DNA of 64,000 nt, taken from NCBI GenBank assembly GCA_963667725.2, contig CAXXHO010000003.1:512001-576000 (forward strand), given 5' to 3'. The notes under the pieces are model-generated. The model was given only the letters and a program-made list of their open reading frames with translations, searched no databases and was not told the origin of the DNA. Below are positions 47,828 to 58,444 of this stretch, in pieces. Both the position numbers and the translations under genes were made by a program. Each line of letters begins with the position of its first letter. The stretch's first letter is position 1. The DNA is from Treponemataceae bacterium. GTDB lineage: Bacteria; Spirochaetota; Spirochaetia; Treponematales; Rectinemataceae.

Positions 47828-48529
47828 TCAGCGGGGCGATGAGCTCCTCGAATTCCTCAGCTTCCGCAGGCCCTCGCCATTGAGTATCCTTATTTCCTTT
47901 CCCGAAAGTTCCAGGATCCCGAGGCGCTGCAGGGCTCCCAGTTCGCGCGACAGGCTCGGCCTCGCCACGCCGAAAAGCTCGGCCATTCTTTCGCGCGTGG
48001 CCTCAAGGTGTATCGTGGCCGAACCGGAAAGCTCAAGGCGGCGAAGGAGCCAATCGGCAAGTTTTTCCCTCAGGCTTATGAACTGGGCCGCTTTCAGCTT
48101 CTCTGTCAGAAAGAAGACTCTATCTCCAATCTCTTTGAGCAGGGCTTCCAGAATGGGCTGATGTTTCATGCATAGCCTTAAGAGAGCTTCTTTCGGGATA
48201 ACGATGAAGCGGCACTCTGTCCTCGCTTCCACGCTGACTGGCAGTCTCTGTCCCGAAGTGAAGAGTATGGCCGAGGCGATGGCTTCTACGGCCTTGAAAC
48301 TCTCCACCCGCACTACCTTTCCCTCATCGCTCGTCATCTCCGCGAAAGCCTCGCCTTCTATGAGGATATACAGCGATGAATACCCGCATCCTGCCAGCAG
48401 GATGACCGATTTTTCTTCGAAGGTCTTGAGCGAATGCGGAAGCGTATCGAATTCCTTCGCCAGTTCGGCCGGTTCGATATCGGCGAATATCCTGCACGAG
48501 GAAAGTCTTGCCATGTCGCGAAGCTGCAT
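47828..48529 (-). CDS. Crp/Fnr-family regulator
   Basis: cNMP-binding domain; GVARPSLSREL HTH. Confidence 0.88.
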   Translation of the reverse strand: MQLRDMARLSSCRIFADIEPAELAKEFDTLPHSLKTFEEKSVILLAGCGYSSLYILIEGEAFAEMTSDEGKVVRVESFKAVEAIASAILFTSGQRLPVSVEARTECRFIVIPKEALLRLCMKHQPILEALLKEIGDRVFFLTEKLKAAQFISLREKLADWLLRRLELSGSATIHLEATRERMAELFGVARPSLSRELGALQRLGILELSGKEIRILNGEGLRKLRNSRSSSPR

Positions 48530-48648
48530 TGCCTTCCATTTTCCCGTGGGAACGGTCTTTTGTCCAGTGCGAGCGCGCATTGCCCTTAACGCACCCCCTT
48601 GCGCGCGCGGTCGGCAGCGCCTACCATGCCGATAGCAAGGAGGAACGA

Positions 48649-50055
48649 ATGGATTTTTCCTGGAAAGTAATCATCGATGCCGGCCTCATTTCATCCGCTT
48701 TAATTGTGGCTACCTTCATACGCTCCAAGGTAAGGTTTTTCCAGAAATACCTCATTCCCAACGCTCTCACCGCCGGATTCATCCTCCTTCCCGTCTATAA
48801 TTTCGTGCTTCCCGCCGTGGGATACAAGATGAATGGGCTGGGGGATCTCGTATACCATCTTCTCAATATCTCCTTCATCTCAATGTCCCTGCGCTCCTCT
48901 CCTCCCAAGGTAAAAGGGCATTCAGGGGGCGGCGTTCTGGGCATGTCCACGGGCATTCTCATGGGGTACGCCACGCAGGCCTTGCTGGGGCTCGGTCTTA
49001 CGCTGCTTTTCCTGCCCAAGATCCATCCTGCTTTCGGGCTGCATCTTCCTCTCGGTTTCGCCCTCGGACCGGGCCAGGCCTACGCCATCGGCAAGGGCTG
49101 GGAGGCTATGGGCTTTGAGGGAGGCGCTTCCGTCGGCCTTACCTTTGCGGCCCTCGGTTATCTATGGGCATGTTTCGGAGGCGTGGTTCTCATAAACATG
49201 GGGATCAGGAAGGGCTGGATCGGCGCCGAAATGCTCGCTTTCATGAAGGACAAGACCCTCCTGACAGGCATCATGCCGAAGAATGGCAACAAGCCTGTGG
49301 GCGGCCGCCTCACCACGGATTCGGAAGCCATCGATTCATTCAGTTTCCATATCGCCGCGGTCTGTGTCGTCTATTTCCTATCTTTCCTTCTTCTCAAGGG
49401 ACTTACGATCCTCCTCGGATTCGCCGGCAAGACAGGCGCCGAATTGGCCGCCAACTTCTGGGGCATCAACTTCATATTTTCCGCCCTCGCGGCTATCGTG
49501 GTAAGGCGTCTTGTCGATGTTTTGAAGTTAGGCTACATCCTGGATGACGATTCCCTTACGCGCATTTCGGGTTTTTCCGTCGACTTCATGGTCGCCGGCG
49601 CCCTGGCGGCGATTTCCCTTGTCTTCGTGGGGAAGTATTGGTTTCCCATCCTCCTTATGTCAGCCATCTGCGGGCTTCTAACCAGCGTCACGGTGCCATG
49701 GGTAAGTTCGCGCATGTTCAACGATTACAAGTTTGAGCGAATGCTGATGCTGTATGGCGTCTCGACGGGCACGCTGTCGACAGGGCTGGCACTTCTCAGG
49801 GTCATGGACCCCGAGTTCAAGACCAAGGTGTCCTCCGACTATATGCTCTCGGCCGGTCTTACCTTCATCCTTGCGATCCCCTTCATTTTGGCCATCAATT
49901 TGCCCGCCAAGGCATATGTTACGGGGGATATGTCCTATTACTGGCTGATGGTTGGCGTCGCGGCTCTCTATCTTGCCTATGTTCTGGTGTCGTACATGGT
50001 GCTCGCGAAGAAGAAACGCTTCGCCAAGCCCGGTCAATTATGGTATAGGGGTTGA
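48649..50055 (+). CDS. Sodium/glutamate symporter (GltS/ESS family)
   Basis: IPNALTAG, GFALGPGQA, TGLALLRVMDP; SD AAGGAGG. Confidence 0.85.
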   Translation: MDFSWKVIIDAGLISSALIVATFIRSKVRFFQKYLIPNALTAGFILLPVYNFVLPAVGYKMNGLGDLVYHLLNISFISMSLRSSPPKVKGHSGGGVLGMSTGILMGYATQALLGLGLTLLFLPKIHPAFGLHLPLGFALGPGQAYAIGKGWEAMGFEGGASVGLTFAALGYLWACFGGVVLINMGIRKGWIGAEMLAFMKDKTLLTGIMPKNGNKPVGGRLTTDSEAIDSFSFHIAAVCVVYFLSFLLLKGLTILLGFAGKTGAELAANFWGINFIFSALAAIVVRRLVDVLKLGYILDDDSLTRISGFSVDFMVAGALAAISLVFVGKYWFPILLMSAICGLLTSVTVPWVSSRMFNDYKFERMLMLYGVSTGTLSTGLALLRVMDPEFKTKVSSDYMLSAGLTFILAIPFILAINLPAKAYVTGDMSYYWLMVGVAALYLAYVLVSYMVLAKKKRFAKPGQLWYRG

Positions 50056-51330
50056 GTTTTCCTTGCTGCCGCGTGACGCGATCAGCAGTTCCAGGGCCAT
50101 CGCGTACTTGTACCCCGAAACGGTCTTGTCGTCGAATCGGGCACGGTAGACCATCATCCCAACATAGAACTCGAAAAAATTCCACTTGAGGACGCCGGGT
50201 CGCTCTATCTCCTTAATCTCGAAGGAAATGGCTTCGCCATTTTCCGGCCGCAGGGTCAGGCCGTCGGAGCTGAGCGTGAGGCTGCCATAGCCCAGGCTTT
50301 CCATTTTATCCATGCGTTTGCCGCGCAGGAGCCTTACTTTTTCGTCGAAAAAAATCGCGCGGCCGGGCGCCGATGCAAAATCCTGCTCAAGCAGGGTACT
50401 TAGATATGCTTTCTGCCACCTATCCCACTCATGCAGGGAAGGGAAGAGAATTCTGTCGTTGCCTCCGCCCATGGTTTCGCAGACGGGTTTCCCGACATTT
50501 CCTGTCGCGGCCGACCGGAAGCTTCCGTCCTCGCCGTACTCGGCGGCGAATCCGCAGGCCGAACAGGAGACGAGGATGCCGTCGGACTTCATGGTCTGGA
50601 GTTTCCCGCAGGCCGGACAGACGTAGAGCGCCAGATCGACGCGTTCGGCCCGCTTCGCGCTGCTGTACCGCTTTCCGTGTTCTTTTGCCCATGCGGGATC
50701 GTCGTGATATATCGCCTTGTTCAGCCTTTCATCGATTTCCGCCACGCTCAGCTGTTTGATGTTGATCGGGTCAAGCAGCTGAGTGAATTCGATCTCCATC
50801 TCGCCCTTCCTCTTTCTGTATGACCAGCGGGGCTTTGTCATGAAGGCGCCCCTGGAAACGGCGCAGATGACGGGCACCTTGAGCAGTTTGACCAGCTTCG
50901 CCGTCGATACGAGGGAGGGCAGGGATGTTCCGTCCCAGGTAGCCTGGCCTTCCGGATAAAAGCCGACCACGCTTTTTCTCTTTCTGATGAATTCGACGAT
51001 CCAGTTCACGGTTTCGATGTCGGGGATGGCTTTCGATTTAGGGATGGATCCGACCAGCTTTATAAGGAGAAAGCGCATAAGGGGAGAGCGCAGGTTGCCG
51101 TCGCTCGTGACCCAATGGACGGGATGGGGCACGAAGAAATTCGTGAGGAAGGGGTCCATGTTGCAGGAATGGTTGCCGACGAGGATGAAGGGAGGTTTCA
51201 CGGTATCGAAGATTTCGCGCCCGATGGCATGGGCATTATATGTCCCCGCTATGTAGGCTCCCACGGTGTACCTCAGGATCCAGGTTGAGAACCTGCTGCT
51301 GGTGGGGCGATATCGTCGTGCGTTGATCAT
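50038..51330 (-). CDS. Lysophospholipid acyltransferase (PlsC-like) with C-terminal Zn ribbon
   Basis: NHSCNMD (HX4D), YPEG, CPACG/CSACG. Confidence 0.85.
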   Translation of the reverse strand: MINARRYRPTSSRFSTWILRYTVGAYIAGTYNAHAIGREIFDTVKPPFILVGNHSCNMDPFLTNFFVPHPVHWVTSDGNLRSPLMRFLLIKLVGSIPKSKAIPDIETVNWIVEFIRKRKSVVGFYPEGQATWDGTSLPSLVSTAKLVKLLKVPVICAVSRGAFMTKPRWSYRKRKGEMEIEFTQLLDPINIKQLSVAEIDERLNKAIYHDDPAWAKEHGKRYSSAKRAERVDLALYVCPACGKLQTMKSDGILVSCSACGFAAEYGEDGSFRSAATGNVGKPVCETMGGGNDRILFPSLHEWDRWQKAYLSTLLEQDFASAPGRAIFFDEKVRLLRGKRMDKMESLGYGSLTLSSDGLTLRPENGEAISFEIKEIERPGVLKWNFFEFYVGMMVYRARFDDKTVSGYKYAMALELLIASRGSKENSTPIP

Positions 51331-51457
51331 GTTTCCCTCTCGTCCTGAGACAAGTATGAGAGAAAACCGCGTCTGCCGCAACCCGGGGCGCAACAAGGGC
51401 AACTTCATTTGACTGTCGCGGCTCTTTTCATTATTGTAGCTCAACAAAGCAGGGATT

Positions 51458-52051
51458 ATGGATTTTGACAAAATACTGCGCCAGTGGGACGAAAGTCAGA
51501 AACAGGGCGCCCAGAAGAAGAAAACCGAGCAAGGGCCGGGCAAGAAAGCCAATGCCCCGGCGATCGAGGAAAAGCTCTCTCGGAAGACCGGAGCTCCGGC
51601 ACCCGCGACACAACAGGTTTCGCGCGGCGCCCCGAAGCAGGTGAGCGCCGACGATTATCTCAATCATTGGATGACGATACACGGGGTTCCCGACAAGGAT
51701 GAGCGAGGCGATCCCGGGGAAAACGACAGGACGGCGCGCATCGAGGAAGCCGAGCGTCTGCGGCGCATGCGTCCGCAGGCTGTCCTCGATCTTCATGGCA
51801 AGACGGCCGCCGAGGCCGATGCCTCAATAGTGGATTTTCTGCTGGCCAGCCGCAATTCTGGACTGGAGAAAGTGCTCATCATTCACGGCAAGGGTCTTCA
51901 TTCAGCCGGCGAGCCTGTCATGGCCGATGTGGTGAGAAGGGCTCTGGAGACGAATAGTCTCGCGGGAAGTTTCGGACCCGCCGACCGCAGTCAGGGAGGG
52001 CGGGGTGCGACATGGGTGAGAATCAGGAAGCGGGATTATTTTTCTCGGTAG
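51458..52051 (+). CDS. Smr/MutS2 domain protein
   Basis: LDLHG, IIHGKG, GGRGAT. Confidence 0.9.
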   Translation: MDFDKILRQWDESQKQGAQKKKTEQGPGKKANAPAIEEKLSRKTGAPAPATQQVSRGAPKQVSADDYLNHWMTIHGVPDKDERGDPGENDRTARIEEAERLRRMRPQAVLDLHGKTAAEADASIVDFLLASRNSGLEKVLIIHGKGLHSAGEPVMADVVRRALETNSLAGSFGPADRSQGGRGATWVRIRKRDYFSR

Positions 52052-52254
52052 ATGATTCTGCCTCGGGAAAGATCGTAGGGCGAGAGCCCGACGCGGACCT
52101 TATCTCCCGGGACAATGCGGATATAGTGTTTTCTCATTTTGCCTGAAAGGTGGGCGAGAATGATGTGGCCGTTCTGCAGCTCGACCCTGAACATTGTGTT
52201 TGGGAGGGCTTCACGAACGATTCCCTCTACCTCTATGGCTTCTTCTTTCGCCAC
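52036..52254 (-). CDS. infA: Translation initiation factor IF-1
   Basis: (M)[10 protein letters not shown]...[10 protein letters not shown]...[16 protein letters not shown] start after AAGGAG. Confidence 0.97.
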   Translation of the reverse strand: MAKEEAIEVEGIVREALPNTMFRVELQNGHIILAHLSGKMRKHYIRIVPGDKVRVGLSPYDLSRGRIIYREK

Positions 52255-52463
52255 GTCGACTCCTTGGATTGGTGGGCCTTCAATTTTTCGGATTGGTACT
52301 TGCGCCCAGTAAGTATATGAAATAGTATGTACCGCCGAGACGAATGTCAACATGCGCGGGAGCGCGCGGGGCACACGACTTGACATTTTACGCTATATGA
52401 TGCATTGTGCGCATCCAAAATTACAGAACCGGCGTTGAAAAATGCCTTGTTCGGGGGAGTCTG

Positions 52464-52820
52464 ATGGAAACAACCTTTACCGAACAGATGCGGGAATTGC
52501 TCATTCTGCAGAAGCGCGAGATCCTTGAGGCACTCGCCGCCACAAATGAAGAATTCCGGGCTATCGTCGCGGAGATGGATCCCAAGGATGTAGCCGATGT
52601 CGCGTCCGATGATATCGACAGGAAGATGATCGAGGCGCTCGGCTCCCAGGATATCAAGAGGCTCAAAGCCATAGACGCGGCGCTCACGCGCATAAGTCAG
52701 GGGCGATACGGGCTTTGCATGGCCTGCGGCAAAAAAATACCCCAGGAAAGACTCGGGGCTATCCCCTACGCCGTCCTCTGCATCGACTGCCAGAAGAGCG
52801 AGGAAAGGCGAAACCGCTAG
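52464..52820 (+). CDS. DksA/TraR C4 zinc-finger protein
   Basis: DVADVA coiled-coil tip; YGLCMACG...RLGAIP...CIDC. Confidence 0.9.
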   Translation: METTFTEQMRELLILQKREILEALAATNEEFRAIVAEMDPKDVADVASDDIDRKMIEALGSQDIKRLKAIDAALTRISQGRYGLCMACGKKIPQERLGAIPYAVLCIDCQKSEERRNR

Positions 52821-52881
52821 AGAAGGGATTGTTTCCCGATCGGAAAGAAATATATGCGGGGCAGCGGAAGCTGCCCCGTTT

Positions 52882-53757
52882 TTATATCTTCGCGCCTCGG
52901 CAAGCCTTCCCGGCTTCGTCGATCCCGATTTCCCGCCACAGGCGGTCGGCGTCCATATACCAGAGACTTTCGTAGCCCGCTTCCCTGGCCGCGCCGATGG
53001 CGACGGCCTGATATCGGCCGAGATGGGCAGGGGCGTGCGCGTCGTCGCCCAGGGTCAGCCTTAGGCCTTTCTCGCGCATGTGTTTCAGGATGGCCATGGA
53101 CGGGTAGGGCGAGTCGATCTTCCCCCTGGCCAGGCCGCCGGTGTTGATTTCCGCCACGCGATCCAGTTCGGAGGCCCTGTCGACGGCGGCATAGGCGGCG
53201 GCCAGATAATCGGCGGCCGTCTCGTCGAACCATCTTCCTTTCGCGTTGTTTTTCTTCACTAGATCGAAGTGTCCCAGAATGTCGAAACCGCCTTTTTCGA
53301 TCATGGCGATCAGGTTTTCATAGTATTGCTTCCAAACGAGCGACGCGTCTCCCCCAAGGCCGGCTACATGACGCGCGAAATCCTCCTCGGGCTCGTCGAC
53401 GGTAAATTCGTCCTGGGCCAGGCCGGTGAGGAAGTGAACGGAACCGAGGCGGAAATCGGGGTCGATGACGTCATAGACTTCGTCTCCGGGAGAAACGATG
53501 CCCCTGATGTAGTCAATTTCCAGGCCGAGGAGAATGGTCATGCCGCGGGGCTTCCAGAGCGAGGCGAGCGATCGTATCGACGCGGCGTAGTCGCCGATGG
53601 ATCGCCACTTCATGTTCCATGAGGTTTCGAAGGGCAGGGGTGCGTGGGAAGAGAATCCCAGGATGGAATAGCCGGTCTCGAACGCCGCTTCGGCCATGGT
53701 CGCGGCTCTCGATGTCCCGTCGCAGAATTCCGTGTGCGTGTGGTAACTGAACAGCAT
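52882..53757 (-). CDS. PHP-family histidinol-phosphatase (HisJ-like)
   Basis: HTHTEFCDG, GSVH, GHFDL, EINT, DDAH. Confidence 0.88.
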   Translation of the reverse strand: MLFSYHTHTEFCDGTSRAATMAEAAFETGYSILGFSSHAPLPFETSWNMKWRSIGDYAASIRSLASLWKPRGMTILLGLEIDYIRGIVSPGDEVYDVIDPDFRLGSVHFLTGLAQDEFTVDEPEEDFARHVAGLGGDASLVWKQYYENLIAMIEKGGFDILGHFDLVKKNNAKGRWFDETAADYLAAAYAAVDRASELDRVAEINTGGLARGKIDSPYPSMAILKHMREKGLRLTLGDDAHAPAHLGRYQAVAIGAAREAGYESLWYMDADRLWREIGIDEAGKACRGAKI

Positions 53758-53873
53758 GGCTTACTATAGCGGAAAGGCGGCGGGCCGCGCCAGCCGGGTT
53801 CCGCCTTGATCCGCCGGGCTGGCGCGGCCCGGGCGCTTGACTGTTCGCTCGCGCGACCCCTACTATTGAGCCA

Positions 53874-54989
53874 ATGGAACAGGAAAGGTCCTTCGACGCT
53901 GCCGCCTCCGATTCGGCCCGGATCGGCGAGAGTTTCAAGAATCTGGTGAAAGCCCTTCCCGATATCGTCTACGTTCTCGATCCTTCAGGCTATTTCGTCT
54001 ATCTGAACGAAGCGGTGCGCAGTCTCGGCTATGAGCCTGAATCGCTCATAGGCAGGCACTTTACCGAGATCATTCATGAGGATGACAGGCTCAAGGTATC
54101 CCGCGACGCCGTTCTCGCCAAGATCCGCACGCAGGAGGCTTTTCCGGAGACGCCTCCCAAGCTTTTCGACGAGCGCCGATCGGGTCAGCGAATGACGAGG
54201 GAGCTTGATGTAAGGCTCATCGGCGGTAAAAACGGGGAAATCGTCTACGCTTCGGTCAACGCCTATGGCGAACCGGTGGCCGACCCCGTTCTTCACTCGC
54301 TTTTCAAGACCGATGGTCCGGTGACGATGGGTGTCATCCATGACGTCACGGCCGCCATGCTCTACCGGAAAAGCCTCGAGGAAAACCTCGCCTCGAAGGA
54401 AATCCTCCTCAAGGAAATCCACAACCGCGTCCGCGACAATCTGCAGATGATCTCGAGCCTGGCCCACCTGCGCGAGATGGACGTCCACGAGGAAAGCGCG
54501 AAGCGGTCCCTCTCCGAGCTCATCGCCCAGATAAAATCCATCGCCATCGTCCACGAAGCGCTCTATCAAGCCGAAAATGTCTCGGGCGTCTCGGCGCGGC
54601 ATTATTTCGAGCACTTCGCCCGCCTCATGGCGCAGTCCTATGGCCATATCGGTTCTCCCGTCGCGCTGAAGGTAAACGCCGACGATTGTCTTCTCGACGC
54701 GGGAAGGCTTTCCTGCATGGCGGTGATCGCCAGCGAGTTCGTCTCGAACGCCTACCGTTACGCTTTTCAGGATGGCCGGGCGGGCACGATCACCATCACC
54801 TATCACCGACTGCCTGGCCGCGACGAACTTGCCGTCGTGGACGATGGAATGAGGCCTTCCTCAGACCGAGACATTGGGGCCGGGCTAGGCGCTGAAATCG
54901 TGGAGGCGCTGGCGAAGCAGCTTGGCGGGCGGATAGAAAGGGAGTCCGCTTGCGGCACCTCCATGAAACTGATAATGCCGTCGCGATGA
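53874..54989 (+). CDS. PAS-domain sensor histidine kinase (HisKA_2)
   Basis: PAS IHEDD; LLKEIHNRVRDNLQ; E..SNAYRYAF, DDG, GLG. Confidence 0.88.
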   Translation: MEQERSFDAAASDSARIGESFKNLVKALPDIVYVLDPSGYFVYLNEAVRSLGYEPESLIGRHFTEIIHEDDRLKVSRDAVLAKIRTQEAFPETPPKLFDERRSGQRMTRELDVRLIGGKNGEIVYASVNAYGEPVADPVLHSLFKTDGPVTMGVIHDVTAAMLYRKSLEENLASKEILLKEIHNRVRDNLQMISSLAHLREMDVHEESAKRSLSELIAQIKSIAIVHEALYQAENVSGVSARHYFEHFARLMAQSYGHIGSPVALKVNADDCLLDAGRLSCMAVIASEFVSNAYRYAFQDGRAGTITITYHRLPGRDELAVVDDGMRPSSDRDIGAGLGAEIVEALAKQLGGRIERESACGTSMKLIMPSR

Positions 54990-55096
54990 GAAGGGCTTTT
55001 TAATTTTTCTGTATATAATAGTTATATTATATATAACATTCAGGTTTTCCCCCGCTGACCTGAGGGGAAGACCGAGGATTCAAGGAGTCGAAAGGC

Positions 55097-56032
55097 ATGA
55101 ACGCCAGCTACGAACTGATCATCATTGGAGCGGGAGTGGCCGGATTGACGGCAGCCCAATATGGGGCCCGCGCGAATCTCAAAACGCTCGTCATCGAGGA
55201 AATGGCGCCCGGTGGGCAGGTCCTGCTCATCGACCAGCTGGAAAACTATCCCGGCATCAAGGAACCGGTTTCAGGCTATGATCTCTCGGAGACGATGAGG
55301 ATGCAGGCCGAAGGTTTCGGCGCCGAATTCGTCACGACATCGGTTGAAAAGGTTGAAAGGGCGGGCACGGGATTCTCCGTGACGACTTCAGACGGAATTT
55401 TCATGGCCGAAGCGGCCATCATCGCCACCGGCGCGAAGCATCGCCGGCTCGATATCCCCGGCGAGGAAGCCTTCATTGGCAGGGGCGTCTCCTATTGCGC
55501 AACCTGCGATGGTCCCTTCTTCAAGGGAAAGAAGATACTTGTCGTGGGAGGCGGGGACTCGGCCTGCGACGAAGCCATGTACCTCGCCAAGCTGTCGGAC
55601 AAGATTGTCATGATCCATCGCAAGGATCGCTTCAGGGCGCAGAAAGCTCTTGCCGAGCGCGTTCTGGACAACCCGAACGTGAAGGTCGTTTTCAATACGG
55701 TGGCGCTAGAGATTCGCGGCACGAAGAAAGTGGAGTCGGTCCTGCTGAAAGATGTGGTGAGCGGAGCAACGCGCGAGGAAGCCTTCGACGCGGTTTTCGT
55801 ATTCGTGGGGTCGGACCCGAACACAGCCTTCCTTCCCGATATAGCCAAGGATGAAACCCATTACGTCATCACCGACGAGAAGATGGCCACGAGCCTGCCC
55901 GGTCTCTTCGCCGCCGGCGATGTACGCGTTTCGCCCTTCAGGCAGATCGTGACGGCCTGCTCCGACGGAGCCGTGGCCGCCCACGCGGCATCCCAATACA
56001 TAGACGAGACGAGGGGGGCGGCGTATCGCTAG
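55097..56032 (+). CDS. trxB: Thioredoxin reductase
   Basis: GAGVAG, ENYPG, CATCDG, GGGDSA, AAGD. Confidence 0.96.
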   Translation: MNASYELIIIGAGVAGLTAAQYGARANLKTLVIEEMAPGGQVLLIDQLENYPGIKEPVSGYDLSETMRMQAEGFGAEFVTTSVEKVERAGTGFSVTTSDGIFMAEAAIIATGAKHRRLDIPGEEAFIGRGVSYCATCDGPFFKGKKILVVGGGDSACDEAMYLAKLSDKIVMIHRKDRFRAQKALAERVLDNPNVKVVFNTVALEIRGTKKVESVLLKDVVSGATREEAFDAVFVFVGSDPNTAFLPDIAKDETHYVITDEKMATSLPGLFAAGDVRVSPFRQIVTACSDGAVAAHAASQYIDETRGAAYR

Positions 56033-57812
56033 AAAACGGGAGCCGGGGCGGGCGGGGAGAGGCGGATCCGGAACGAAGGTTGGATTATTCATCCTCTTCG
56101 CCGTCGTTTTCGTCCCTCTCGCTTTCGCCGCGCCGGGTTCTGCCGCGGCGAGCTCCGCCGCGAACCCGACCCCGCGCGATTTCTGGCGCGAGCCGGATGT
56201 TTCGGCCTATCCAGTCTTTTTGCAGGAAAAGTGGGCTTCCTATCTGGTCGAGGCATATCTGGAATCGATGACCGACGAGGAAATTCTTTCCCAGGTCCTC
56301 ATGGTGGGGTATTCGGGCATGGTACCCTCGGCCTCTCTTCTGCGCTGGGTGGAAACCTGGGGTATCGGCGGCGTCAAGATTTTTGGCTGGAACGCCGAGG
56401 ACACCACGGCGTTGGCCGACGCCATCGCCGTAATCCAAAAAAAGGCCCTTGCCCGTCCCTCCTCCCTGCCTGTCCTTGTCGCCACAGACCAGGAAGGCGG
56501 CTGGATTCGCCACGTGAAGGGAGAGACCTCGGAATCGTCGGGGAATATGGCCATCGGCGCCACCGCCTCGGTCCGCGACGCTTATCTGGCCGGTTTTCAT
56601 ATCGGAAAGGAACTGAGGATTCTCGGCATCACCATGAATTTCGCCCCCGATGTCGACATCGCGACCAATCCCGACAGCGTGATCATCGGACCGAGGGCTT
56701 TTTCCGACGATCCCGCCCTCGTGGCGAAACTGGGGCTCGCCTACGCGCGCGGCTCTCTCGCCGCCGGCGTCATTCCTACGGCCAAGCACTATCCGGGACA
56801 CGGCGCCACGTCCAAGGATTCCCATGGCTCGCTTCCCGTCATCGACGTCGACGAGAGCACCTTCCTGCGCCGGGAACTGGCTCCTTTCGCGAGCCTTGTC
56901 CGCGACGGAATTCCCGCCATCATGAGCGGCCACCTGGCTTTTCCCAAGATAACAGGCGGTTTCGAGCCGGCCTCGCTCTCGAAAACCCTGATCACCGACT
57001 ACCTGCGCGGCAGGCTGGGGTACAAAGGTCTCGTCATCACCGACGATCTCTATATGGCGGGAGCCCTTGGGGAGGGCTCCATCCTGGGCACCTGCATCCA
57101 AGCGCTGATGGCGGGAAACGACATGATTCTGCTCTCGGCCGCCCCCGATCTGGATGGAGCCTTGTGGAAGGGCCTTCTCGCCAAATATCGAGGGGATGAA
57201 GCCTTCGCCAAGAGAGTACAGGAGGCGGCGGGACGCGGAATCGCCCTCAAACTGAGGCATCTGCGGCCCTTGGGCGAGAAAGCGCTCGTGCCCGACTCCA
57301 GGGCCGTGGCCAGGCTTCTTCCCGATCCCGACGCACAGGTTTTTTTCAGGGACCTGGCCAGGCGCAGCGTTTCCCTCGTGGGGAAGGGCGAGCTGCCTTT
57401 CCTTCCCGAGAAAAAAGTAATGATCGCCGGACCTTTTTCCGTGTTCAATACGATTGGAAAGAAGAAATATCCCAATTCCACCTCCTACCAGTTTTCGTAC
57501 AGGCCGGAAAATGCAGCGTCCAAGGCCGAACTGGACGATTTCAGGACAGCGATATCAGGCTGCGAAGCCGCCATCGTCTGCGTCGCGAATATGGCGGGAC
57601 TGCAGTTCGCTAGCGCCGCCCACGACGCTGGTCTCAAGGTAGCGATCATATCCGTACTCTCGCCCGTTAATATAAGGCATTCCTCCTGGGCTCAGGCTAT
57701 CGTGGCCGTCTATCACTACGCGCCCGTCAGTCTGGAGGCCGGTTTTGAGGCCCTGCTCGGGGAAATCCCGGCGGGAGGCCACGTGCCTCTGTCGGCCAAG
57801 GCGCTGCAATAG
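56025..57812 (+). CDS. GH3 beta-N-acetylhexosaminidase (NagZ-like); start uncertain
   Basis: DQEGG, KHYPGHG, KDSH, ITDDL; an in-frame signal peptide lies upstream of the TTG at 56220. Confidence 0.85.
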   Translation: MARKREPGRAGRGGSGTKVGLFILFAVVFVPLAFAAPGSAAASSAANPTPRDFWREPDVSAYPVFLQEKWASYLVEAYLESMTDEEILSQVLMVGYSGMVPSASLLRWVETWGIGGVKIFGWNAEDTTALADAIAVIQKKALARPSSLPVLVATDQEGGWIRHVKGETSESSGNMAIGATASVRDAYLAGFHIGKELRILGITMNFAPDVDIATNPDSVIIGPRAFSDDPALVAKLGLAYARGSLAAGVIPTAKHYPGHGATSKDSHGSLPVIDVDESTFLRRELAPFASLVRDGIPAIMSGHLAFPKITGGFEPASLSKTLITDYLRGRLGYKGLVITDDLYMAGALGEGSILGTCIQALMAGNDMILLSAAPDLDGALWKGLLAKYRGDEAFAKRVQEAAGRGIALKLRHLRPLGEKALVPDSRAVARLLPDPDAQVFFRDLARRSVSLVGKGELPFLPEKKVMIAGPFSVFNTIGKKKYPNSTSYQFSYRPENAASKAELDDFRTAISGCEAAIVCVANMAGLQFASAAHDAGLKVAIISVLSPVNIRHSSWAQAIVAVYHYAPVSLEAGFEALLGEIPAGGHVPLSAKALQ

Positions 57813-57829
57813 CCATGAGGCCGGATTGA

Positions 57830-58429
57830 ATGAGCGGCGTTTTGCGTGAAGCTGACCTGCTTGAATTCGATTTTCCGCCGCAGCGGGAAATCTGCGGCAT
57901 AGACGAGGCCGGCAGGGGGCCTTTGGCTGGCCCCGTCTGCGCCGCGGCCGTCATGCTCCCCGCGGATTTCGCCTTCGGACTGCTGGACGATTCCAAGGCT
58001 TTGAGTCCCGCTAAAAGGATTAGGGCCTACGAAGCCATTGTGTCGGGAGCTCTCGATTGGGCTGTGGGCTGGGCGACCTGGGAGGAAATCGGGCGCCTCA
58101 ACATTCTCAACGCCAGCCTTTTAGCGATGAAACGAGCCTTCGACGCCCTCATTCTCGAACCGCGGATGGTTTTCGTGGACGGCAACAAGGCGCCTTCCCT
58201 GGGCTGTCCGGTGTTTCCGCTCATAAAAGGCGACAGTCTGCTTCCCTCGATCATGGCCGCGTCCATTCTGGCCAAGGTAGCGCGGGATAGGCTCATGGCG
58301 AGGCTGGACGCCGTGGAGCCCCAGTACGGTTTCGCGCGGCACAAAGGCTATCCCACGAAGGAGCACCGGCAAGCCATAAAAAAAACCGGGCTCTCGCTCT
58401 GGGCGAGACCCGGTTTCAGGGTTGAATGA
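57830..58429 (+). CDS. rnhB: Ribonuclease HII
   Basis: GIDEAGRGPLAGPV, DDSK, DGN, AASILAKV. Confidence 0.96.
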   Translation: MSGVLREADLLEFDFPPQREICGIDEAGRGPLAGPVCAAAVMLPADFAFGLLDDSKALSPAKRIRAYEAIVSGALDWAVGWATWEEIGRLNILNASLLAMKRAFDALILEPRMVFVDGNKAPSLGCPVFPLIKGDSLLPSIMAASILAKVARDRLMARLDAVEPQYGFARHKGYPTKEHRQAIKKTGLSLWARPGFRVE

Positions 58430-58444
58430 TCGGTCGGGCGGAGA

